DNA of 64,000 bases. Origin: Callorhinchus milii (Eukaryota). Position 1 is the stretch's first letter, and every line of letters begins with the position of its first letter. The notes under the pieces are model-generated. The model was not told where the DNA came from. It did not search any database and was given only the letters and a program-made list of their open reading frames with translations. Of the stretch, positions 25,531 through 35,985 are shown piece by piece. The stretch covers positions 79,858,001-79,922,000 of the forward strand of contig NW_024704743.1 of NCBI RefSeq assembly GCF_018977255.1. Reading direction: 5' to 3'. Position numbers and translations under genes: made by a program.

Positions 25531-25683
25531 TGTCTGGCTTTCTGACTGCACTGGCAGTTCACTTCTCACTATCCAAAGCTTTCATAGTTTCACCTTGAGG
25601 TTAGGTGGAAAGGGGGGAAAAGAGAGGAATTGAATTTACTATGTAGGTAAATAAGGAATTGCTTTATCTTATGTACAGCTGGA

Positions 25684-25915
25684 CAGGGGGAAAGAAAAAT
25701 TCCAACTGGGTCTAAATGTAAATATTATTTTCTTAATATTTCAAAATGTACACATTTTGGCAAATTCTTAAATTCAGTCTTAATTCTGAGATCTTATACA
25801 TACAGAAAACCAGCTTAAATATTTGGACTCACTTAAGAATTTGCCAAATTCTGCACACTTTGAATCGCTAAGTAAATAAAACAAGTCTAGACCCAGGTGC
25901 AATTTCTAACCCCTG
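25684..25915. mobile_element. palindromic MITE (~232 bp) with CAGGGG termini
   Basis: cagggg...cccctg ends, ctgggtcta/tagacccag, perfect 15-bp ttggcaaattcttaa/ttaagaatttgccaa. Confidence 0.8.
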
Positions 25916-26741
25916 GCTTCAGACTGCATATTTTTCTTAATACACATTCTGACATCAAGTATAATATTGTAGTATTCCATGAAAGACTACTTGAAAGGTA
26001 AATTATGCTGTACTCTATTTAACCAAACTCAGAGTATTGGGCAGATCAATGTGTTTGACTTATTTGTGTGCCCAGCAAGCTATTTGAGGTTGTGATTAGT
26101 AATTGCTGCACAACACAAATGGAATTCCCCAACTTAGAAGCAATACAAAAATAGATTCACAGAATCATGATATAGTTACTGTAGTAATTTTTTTCCTAAT
26201 CAACAGACAAGGGGAAACACCAAAGCTAGACATTTAAGAGCTGCTACTGTGAGCTTCACTGATGTAAATGGTTTTAAAATTTAAAACAATATTTCACACG
26301 TTAAGGAGGAGTTTCCAGGGTAGCACTCAACTGCTCCTGCGCATCCTAGACTGAGAAAGTTACAGTGAGCTATTAGGACTATCAAGTTCAAAAATGACCA
26401 CACAAGACTTTTAAGCTTTTCAATAAATATTATTTATGGCTGCTCATAGAGGCCCCTCTTCACCCAGGCACATACCATCTAAATTCTTCTTCATGTCTTC
26501 CCAAGTTAGAAGATGTACATAATCACAGAGTGCCAATGTGCAGATTCAGATACACTGGACTCCCTTTTTGAGAGAGGATTGCACACTAGTCCTTGAACCT
26601 GATAAAAGTTTCTGAAAACAGTTTGTAAATTGCCATTGATCTTGAGCACATCCTAGGAGGCTCCCCCACCCACAGGTGATGGCTTGGAGCTAAGTTTGGG
26701 AATATAATCTTTGTATGCTCCTGAGGTATAGGTGACATGCT

Positions 26742-26767
26742 CACACACACACACACACACACACACA
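26742..26767. repeat. (CA)n microsatellite
   Basis: direct observation. Confidence 0.95.
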
Positions 26768-27846
26768 TTACAACATACACACAATTACAATTCAATACAT
26801 ACAGCAGATTCCTGGTCATTAGCTCCAACCTCTGCAACCTTCTTCTTTCCCCTTTCCCTAATATATGGCTTAACCATTACTTAGCATGTCCTCGGATGTC
26901 TGCACAACTGAATTCTACAAACTCAACAGCAAAACATATTATTTGTACTAGTCAATATTTATTTCTGTTTTCAACAATCTTGTATGTCTCATGATACATA
27001 ACAGTGCGTACTTTGATTCCCCATCGGTTTGTTCTGTTCTTAAGAACAATTCAAAAAAGATTCTTTAAATGTTTGGTTTATTATAAACTTATTTTTTTTA
27101 AAAAATCAGGCTCTGTATAACCCGTTGTGATAGCACAAGAATTTCAAGGTCAGAGAACAGTAGCTTAAAATATAAATCATTGTAAGTAATGTAAGAGATT
27201 TGCATATTCACTTGGATTGTTTAATCATTTCAGAAGATTGTTTAATTAAACACTAATGCTATAAACCCAAGAAACCATATTTGCCTAATTTTTAATTATC
27301 CCACTTCTGATCTTTAAATCCAGTCATTCATGATTCCCAGACTGACACCTCCTCCGAAACTTGTGTCGCTTGAGAAGGCTTTATCAAACTGTTAAGGATT
27401 AACTAATGCATCTCTCTAATGCCATGGCAAACAGTGTAAACGTCAGTAACCTATCAATACAACACACGTTCGGATGCCTGTCTACCTGTGCAACTCTGCA
27501 CAGGTTATGCGTTATATTTAATGGTTAAAATCACTAGCAATGTTTTAATGGAAAGGGCGTTGAGAAAGGGGAGGGGGACACCAAAAAATAAATTGTTAAA
27601 AGTGCTAATGCTCATTTATACATCATTGCTAAACATAAGCACTGGCTTTTAGAACTCCAGATATGGGCATCATCTTCGGTAAGGCTCCATTTTGTAACCT
27701 TGTTTTCAAAACTCAATTAGCAAATATAGAACAGTACATTGTATACACACAAACACATATTTTCTTAACATGCAATGGAACCAATGGAGTCAATAATTCA
27801 TTGTTGTCTGAAAAGCTATTTCACCTGTTAAAGACGGGCATCTTAC

Positions 27847-28053
27847 CTAGTATTTAGTAAACTGTAAAATTAAGTACTATACCTGTAATTCATGTTGTTT
27901 TCCCAATCATGCTAGTGACTGGGAAGAACCCGAAAACGAAGCCCACAAGTACCGTATTGCTTAAACCTTCAACAAACTGACTATAAGACTTCCTCAGGTC
28001 TCGATCTATGGAGTTAATCCAAAAATAATCAAGCGCATTTTGAAGCTCAACTC
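27847..28053 (-). other. candidate spliced exon (probably non-coding or 5' UTR), alternative donor after 27883
   Basis: acceptor ttctcaacttctgccatttatag|G; donors CAG|GTATAG (27882) and TAG|GTAAGA (27846). Confidence 0.4.
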
Positions 28054-28357
28054 CTATAAATGGCAGAAGTTGAGAACTTGAGGAAAATTCATTAACTTTC
28101 CAAACAGAAATAAAAACCTGCACGTTTGACGACAGAAGAACTTTGATTTCATGGTGTGCTAGAAGCAGAACAAACGTCTCTATGGCAGGTATGTGGCTGC
28201 CGTAAATGCACAGTAATCCAGTGGTTCCCCATGCCTTCCCTGTTTACAAGATGGGTTATTCACAGGTGCGTGGAAGCTTCTGCTAGCTCATATTTTCCTT
28301 CCACACCCTCTCCATATGCATTCGGCTTCTCAGCCAGTACAGCCCTGCTGATCTTAT

Positions 28358-28524
28358 ATAATAATAATCCTTGCATTTGATATAGCGCTTTTCACATATT
28401 ATTTAACTTTTTTACTTGAGGGATTATTGTCAGGCATGTGGAGTAAGGAAACTTGCTCAAGGTTTCGCCCTGCAGATCTCTCACTTGTGAGGCGAGTGCT
28501 ATAACCACTGAGCTACAGGATTCC
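28358..28524 (-). mobile_element. SINE family A with core deleted
   Basis: tail joined almost directly to ggagtaaggaaacttg body and accactgagctacaggattcc head. Confidence 0.9.
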
Positions 28525-28599
28525 ACGATCTTCCTCCAAAGATGCTGTCAGTCACTCTCATGCACACACACACTGGTGGATTCAGCCATTTTTTTTCTG

Positions 28600-28810
28600 T
28601 TGGCCCTCGTCAACCTGTGCCGAATACTCTTCTGAATTAGTTAAGATTGGTACATCTGTCCTGGGAGAGTATGCATTGAACTCCAGACACAGGAAAATTT
28701 CCACGTGTAGAGATGGCAGGCATGTGTGGTACTTTGTCTCTGACTGGCTTGAATATTCTTAAGATTGGTGATGCATTCCTGGATGTGTCAAAACATCCAC
28801 TGAAACACAA
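28600..28810 (+). mobile_element. repeat X 3' part
   Basis: gtcaacctgtgccgaatactcttctgaattag...aatttccacgtgtag...gatgtgtcaaaac. Confidence 0.7.
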
Positions 28811-29417
28811 AACATCCCAAATTCCATAGCACTGGCACACGTGCTCACAGATACAAAATTAAATTTCGAGCTGGCATTCTCCGTGTCCTACACCAATCAT
28901 GGAGGCTATTTCTTTCACCACAATCAAGTTAGACAAAAAGGCATCTTGGGGAGTGTGGAAGCACATCAATTGTACCAGCAACAGCACAAGACGCAATCTT
29001 TGAGGATCTCTTCACTGGCAGAGTGCTTGAATGAATTATCAAGGAATCTTTAGAAATAGATCTGCAGCTTTGTTTTATTAAAAAAAATTAAGGAAGCACA
29101 AGGGAAAAGAGTGGAAAAGGGAACTAACCCAATTTATCTCCTCTTTTGAGTGTTGAAATCTGAGTAGTCACTGTATGAACCATTATATTATTCCAGCAGT
29201 AAGTAAATACAGTATTGTGGTGTGTCTTCTGCCCTTTCCCACTAACTACCTAGAATTTCATCTTAAAAACGCAAGTAAAATTTACCCGTTGCCAAAATGT
29301 TCAATTTAATGCTCAAGCTCTACTCACACAAAGTATCCTTACAATAAAGTGAATCAGTAAAAGGGCAAGGAAGAAGAGAGAACAGATTAAACAGAGAACC
29401 ACAACCATATTTCTTAC

Positions 29418-29570
29418 CTTGTGATTTTCACTATCTGGTTTAAGAAAGGGAACTCCTCAAGTTCCTTCTAGATTTGAGTCATACATAACCGCCCGCCATG
29501 GTCTCATGGGTCAGAGGGACTGGACCCCTCGATTCCTCCACAAGCGCTAACCATCCAAGTCCAACCAATC
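29418..29570 (-). other. candidate 153-nt non-coding (5' UTR or lncRNA) exon
   Basis: acceptor cttgcattctctttcatttgaacag|G and donor AAG|GTAAGA; stop codons in all three frames. Confidence 0.6.
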
Positions 29571-29761
29571 CTGTTCAAATGAAAGAGAATGCAAGTTTGA
29601 GTAATTTTAACCTCAATCACACAGCTATTAAAAAAATCTTACACGTTAATGTTAAACAGAAATTCTCCCTCCTTCCTCCCCAGTTGTAAACTACAGTACA
29701 ATGATACATAATCTACAATATAAGATCTTGTTTCACAATTAATTTCCCCTGAAATTATTAA

Positions 29762-30095
29762 CAATAACTGTTGCATTTGATATAGCATATATAATGTCAA
29801 GAATGTTTCAAACCACTTCCCAGCTTTGAAGTGCAGTGATTGTAAGCAAAAGCAACAGCCAACGTGCATACAGCAATGTCCCACAAACAGCTGTGAAATG
29901 AATGAACAATTTTATTTGAGGGATGGTGGTCAGCACACCGGGAGAAACTTCTCTTTTAAAATAGTTTCATGGAATCTTTTAGCGTCCACCTAAATAGGTA
30001 AAAGGGGGCCCTCGGTTTAACAAAGAACATCAATAATCCTCTGGTACCCCTGACAACCCAGTGCATCCAGCACTCCACTGGAGTGTCAGCCTAGC
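29762..30095 (-). mobile_element. SacSINE1-like Deu SINE
   Basis: cagcaatgtcccacaaacag, gcgtccacct, cctcggtttaac, cactggagtgtcagcctag. Confidence 0.8.
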
Positions 30096-30119
30096 CCCGA
30101 AGTTGCCAACTCTTGATGA

Positions 30120-30420
30120 AATCCACTTCCATGTGCACCAACAGCTCTCTGGTACCTTGCCCAATTGGCTATTCTTCATAAGTAAGCACAGGACATCATG
30201 CAACCTCAAGGGACACCACACCCAAGCAGATTCCGTTCTCATCTGACATCAACACAAGCCAGGCCCATTGCACAGCAATCAGTACACACTGACTAATTTT
30301 TTCCCTCCCTTGCCAGTGGCACTAAGAATAATTGTCGCAACTTTGCTGACACTCTAATTGAGATCAGTTGACTCAGCAGAGACAAGATACTGAACCCAGA
30401 CAATTCCTCATCTTTCTCAG
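30120..30420 (-). mobile_element. SINE family C
   Basis: reverse complement aligns with 16023-16340 and 40228-40475. Confidence 0.6.
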
Positions 30421-31587
30421 CCTTACAAAGAAATCAAGATCTAACTTATGACTTGTTCAACATTTTGCATGAAATTTTAAGATAAAAATTATTTTAAGGG
30501 TAAGATTAAGAAATTTCAGGTGTGTTGTTGATACAGCTCAATTCCACACTGAGTGGTTTACAAGCAGATGAATCATCGGAGGAAGCAATTTATCTTAACT
30601 ATTGCAGTGAACTGTCAAAAACCACTAATGATTCAAGACCATTTTATTAAAATATTTTATTAAAATATCCTAACAAACTGGCATTGAATACCTCTGATAC
30701 TGCAACAGTAGCATGTTTATGCATTTATGTCATACACTCTTTGAGTGTGCAACTTTTTTTTCAACCCAGTGTGTGAAGTCGGGATTCATATACTGCATCA
30801 TCATGAAGAAAATCAGTATTAAGAAATCAATCACAGGATAACTCACAGGCTTTAATTTTCAGACAAAATTTGCCACAAATGTGCAATGTTACAATCTGGC
30901 CTCAAACTCGACAGGCTATCATCACCAGGGGCAGGAATTTAGTGTTTAGGATTGAGCTAGGTTTGGGGAAGCACAGCCAAATTTGAGCAGCAACAAACAT
31001 TAACTTGTACCTTATCAAAGGCATTACCATACATGTTAGAAAGCATAGAAGCACTGCTGTAACTCAGCACAGCAGCTAAAAATAAAGGCAGCGACACTTG
31101 TTACACTCAGCCACTTTTAGCTGAAGTATAGTGATGCTCAGGTCTTATTCTTAATTTCATGGTGGTGGTAATGGCGGGGGTGAGAAAGACATAACGGGGA
31201 CGAAGGAAAGTGATAACCGAGAGAGATACTAACAACACTCTTTTTGAGAGGAAGGTGTCATTCTTAAAGGACTTTATCATGGTGAACCACCTCAAAAGGT
31301 AAATGCTGTGAAGTGTAATGACTATTTGTAGGCAAATGTAGCAGCTACAGGACATTATATAAATACAAATTGTTGTTATGTGATGGTTCTTTATTGTTCA
31401 TCTGAACAGACAGACAAGACCTCGGATTAACATTGCCTCCAACAAAAATGTAGCGCTCTCCAACACCATCACCACCAAAGCTCCTTGTTAATGCTCGTTG
31501 ATCTCAACAATAATATGGAGGAAGTCAAATGATCACTTTAATCTTCACTGTTGAGTATATAAATTACAGGGGAGGAGAGAATACATT

Positions 31588-32095
31588 TAACATAACATAA
31601 CATGTAGGAGTAGGCCATTCGGCCCTTCGAGCCTGCCCGGCCATTCAATCATGGCTGATCTTAATAATAATAATCCTTGCATTTGATATAGCGCTTTTCA
31701 CGTCGGGAGGACGTCCCAAAGCGCTTCACAGAACACACTGTAAAGTGAAGTGACTGTATATTTGTGGGCGAACGCAGCAGCCAATTGCGCACAGCAATGT
31801 CCCACAAACAGTCGTAGATTGAAAATGACCAATTTACTATTGTTTTTGGTTTTTTGGAGTGATTATTATTAGGCGTGTGGAGTAAGGAAACTTGCCCAAG
31901 GTTTTGCCCTGCCTGGAATTGAACTCAGCTCTCTCACTTGCAAAGCGAGTGCTCTAACCACTGAGCTACAGGACTCCTAATCTAGGAGTCTAATCTTCTA
32001 ATCTAACTTCAGCTAATAACCTGACCTGCCTTATCCCCATATCCCTTAATCCCTTTTGCAAAAGAAACATATCTATCTCAGTCTTGGAATTTATA
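31588..32095 (-). mobile_element. CR1/HER1-type LINE 3' end split by a SINE (parts 31588-31661 and ~32000-32095)
   Basis: taggagtaggccattcggcccttcgagcctgc...atggctgatct matches reverse of tail at 49445-49515. Confidence 0.85.
31662..31977 (-). mobile_element. full-length young SINE family A
   Basis: near identical to 59262-59577 and 55006-55325. Confidence 0.97.
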
Positions 32096-32114
32096 TTCCA
32101 ATAATAAAATAAAG

Positions 32115-32600
32115 ATAATCCTTGCATTTGATATAGCTCTTTTCATGTCAGAAGGACGTCTCAAAGTGCTTTCTATTGTAAAGTCTAGTGACTGTATTTT
32201 GTAGGCAAATGCATCACAAGCAAGACTTCATAAATGGATGTGAAATGGGTTAGAATCCTTGGGTCATCCTCAGCAGGTTCCCAATGATAGTAATAGTATT
32301 AGCCAATTTGCACACACCAATGTCCCACAAGTGAAGTGATTGACCAATTTTGTCTGGGGAGTTGATGGCCAGGACACAAGGAGACATTCCCTTCTCTTTT
32401 CAAATAGTGCCATGGGATTTTAAAGTCCACTTAAACAAGCAGAAGGGATCTCAATTTATTGTTTTAGCTGAAGGTGACACATCCACCATTGACCTCCACC
32501 TCCAGCAATCTAGGATGGAGTGTCAGTCTGGGGTGCGAGTTCAATTCACAACCTTCTGACTCAAGAGGTAAGAGTACCAAAAACTAAGCCAGGCTGACAC
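32115..32600 (-). mobile_element. SacSINE1-like Deu SINE with internal insertion
   Basis: tail, ccaatttgcacac core, aaatagtgccatgggat, cacaaccttctgactc head. Confidence 0.8.
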
Positions 32601-32692
32601 CCACCACCTGATTTAACCAAACATCTAAATATGACAATTATGTAAACTAACAAAAACAACTCACTTGACAATTCAGAGAAATCCTCAATTAA

Positions 32693-32780
32693 ATAATGGT
32701 GAAGAGTAATGTTCCTAATCCCATCAGTCTATAGTAAAGGGTAATGTTCCCAAACTTCAGTTAATGGTGAAGAGCAATGA
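32693..32780. repeat. degenerate minisatellite (~34-bp unit)
   Basis: taatggtgaagagtaatgttcc / tagtaaagggtaatgttcc / taatggtgaagagcaatg. Confidence 0.6.
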
Positions 32781-33260
32781 TGTGAATGTCCAATCATGAG
32801 GATGGAGGGTGCTGGCTCTAAACATATGTTCTTAACCAATTCTATTGAAACAAATATGTAAACATAGCTACAGTGGCTGACATGGTATTTCTCCTACTTA
32901 ACCCCCCTTTTTGAGGTTTGAAATAATACATAATGTAGGGATGTTTGACACAGACGGTGGGGGGGGAGGTTTGAAGATGGAGAAATACTCTCAAGTACTG
33001 AAACCCCTTATTAAACAGAATATCAATCAAAATGTTTTAAGTGAAGAAAATACATATAAAATCAGCCGTAATTCATGTTTTGAAATGGTCACAATTGTAC
33101 ATTAGTTAAAAACTCGTTCCCAAAAAATGAAATGGGTAAACATTATGGGAAGGACCAGTGGAATGCAATTAGAGCAGATATCTCCAATGGGGACATAACA
33201 CCATAAGCCCAATGGGTCAAATAGCCTCCTTCTGTGCTGTTGCCTTTTTATGGTTCTATA

Positions 33261-33367
33261 ATATCGGTTCACTTCAAATCCGAGCAGTTTGCATTCAAGC
33301 ATTCCTGAGCCGCTGTGCCCATTAATAATGCACAAACAAGCTGCTCGGACTTGAAGTGAACCAATAT
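33261..33367. mobile_element. short hairpin MITE-like element next to a CR1 tail (~33185-33260)
   Basis: 31-bp inverted arms with 3 transition mismatches, ATAT at both ends. Confidence 0.75.
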
Positions 33368-35985
33368 TCTACCCTATTTTACAGGGAGACCTGCTGCTAA
33401 ACTGTTGGTCCCAGAACAGGCTGCGCTCCTGCTCAACTAATGAGGTCATAAAAGACCCCTTTCCCAAACTGTTCTTTAGACAATTGGAGAAACCATCAAA
33501 GCTTCGTTTTGACTTTCCAAAGTCCACATACATTGCAATCTGACCTCCACTATTTTGTTCCTATCCAGTTCAATACTTAGTTGAATTTCTTACAACACTA
33601 CACTTGGGACATCAATCTTGGTTCTTTTATTTAAAAAAAACAAACTGAGAAGCTAGTCCAGGACACCTCTGAGATTGAAAAGCGTAGGAAAAAAAATAAT
33701 AATCCATGCTTTTGATGTAGAGCTTTATCATGTTGTTAAGACATCTCAAAGCGCTTCTCAGATTTACTCCAAGAAAACAACACAAAAATAAAGCAGTGAT
33801 TTGGTGACACCAAAGTTGAATTTTAAGAGCCTTAAACTTTAAAAATGTGAGAGGACGGGAAGGTGAGGATGAGCAGTTTAATTAATTTGAGGTTGTGGGA
33901 AACACTGAGTTAGTAGGAGATGGTTCGATGAGCCTGTATTTCAATTCCCTGAAGGCATATGAAGGAAGAATATATAGGTTTATGCAAGAAAGAAGTACAG
34001 CAGTTACAATGCACTTAGTGTTTATAATTTATAGCATGAATGGATATATAATATGTATGAATTCTACCATTTCATATCAAGGCTCCACTGTACAAACTTG
34101 TATCATCAATTTGAAATGTCCCCAAAATGATTTGCAGTAAGAAATTTGCCACATGTTCCTCTGTCATGCTTGTTAATGGAGAAATGGATGAAATGCTGCT
34201 TTGACAAAGGTCATGGGGTTATGGTTATGGATTGTTACTAACAAACACAAGGTATTCAGGAATGACTAAGTTTCTCTCTCACATACACTACACACACAGG
34301 ATTTTATCCCTCAGGATAAAACCATTTAGAGAAAAAAAAGTAATACCACACAAGAAAGACAATAGCACTTCCTGTAGTTTGCAAAATGGCCATCTGCTAC
34401 AGGTCAGCCTCGATTTAGCTGTATTCACAGTGATAAGCTGAAAAACGTGCCACAGTTGTAATTGCTGCCACAGAAAACAAAAGGAACTAGTTTGATAAGC
34501 AATACCATGAAATTCTTTGTTAATGCAATTCAACCAAGCTCTGTTGGAAGCATATTGCTGGTTGGTCTTAATCTATTCAAGTAACGAAGTGTAACAAAAC
34601 ATGATACAACTGTTAGGTTCTTGAAAACGACACCACGCCACTGGTCGCTGATCTATATCTACCTGGGGCAAAAAAAAGTTGTGACCCCTAGGAATTCAGC
34701 CTCATGAAACCTGGTTGCTTTTCTTTCCTCTAGTTCCTCATCTTGACCACCAAACAGTGCCAGCCAGCCCTTCTGGAAAAATGAATGAGGAAGGATGTGA
34801 TTGATTACGCTGACCACCGTTCGTACGGCTGATCAGAGTGTGGTGGTCCATCCAGCCACGCAGGAACAGCATCGGTTCTATAGCTAGTCTCACCCAGTGG
34901 AAACCAACGTTAAAAACAAGTGTCAAAAGATGAAGATTTTTTTTAAGTTGGTGGTAGTAGCAAGAGAGGGAAAGAAGGTTTATACATTACCAGTAAGAAT
35001 CTTGAAACCCAAGCACAACTGAAGCATAATTGAAAACAAATCCTTACTAGGCTTTAAAAACATAATCTGAGCTAATGTACTTCACTGTTCATACAACATT
35101 CCACATTTGTAATGGAATTTAGTGAATGTCTGTCTCCTTGTCCAGTCCGATGGAGATTTAGTGTTCAAGGCTGAACCCCATTAAGCTCTGTCTACATGGT
35201 GTTAGTCACCTGGATAAATTATAGGAATACTTCAAGACATTGCTGGAAGTTGTCTTGTCCCAAGTACAGTGAAAACCATTGGCTGAAAGTGACTGAATGA
35301 CCAATAGCAGCTCTTTCCTTTCCTTTCCCCCTCCCCCTGACCCTTTACAGCACTGGCCCCAGCACCACACAACCTGCCATCTTTGTGGGGAATATGAAGT
35401 CTTGTAACTGCTCGGTGCTGCCACTAAATCCCTGGCAATAGACGACCCATCAGTATAGTAGAGACAAGTTTTTCATTGCGAAGATCTACACAAAGCTAGC
35501 CCAGGGGTCAGGGAAGATCCATGACGAGAAAATGAAAGTACTATTGCAAAACCTGATCAGCACCAGTTGGAAAGTATGTGTGGCTAGTAATTACAATTCT
35601 AAAATGAAAATTGTATTGATAGCTTTTACCTGCAATGCGCTTTGAAACATAAGATGCTACAAAAAGTTATCCATCGTTTACAATTTCCTCAGAAGTACTG
35701 AATTGTGACTGAACATTAACACCAGCCCATCAATAACCCAAATAAATTCTGAACATTAGGCCACAAAACAAAGGGTCTATGGTTTTGACCACAAATTAAT
35801 AGTGGTTAAAAATTCCAGAGAGTTAGAGATCTATGTGAGGCCAGACACTCACCAATAATCCTAGCATAATAATACAATAACCTGTTGAAACCTCACAATT
35901 TTTTTTAATAGAATTAGTTACTAATTAGGGTGATGACAGTTGTTTTGCAAACAATTAAACAATGACCAACAAATCAATGACCAAT

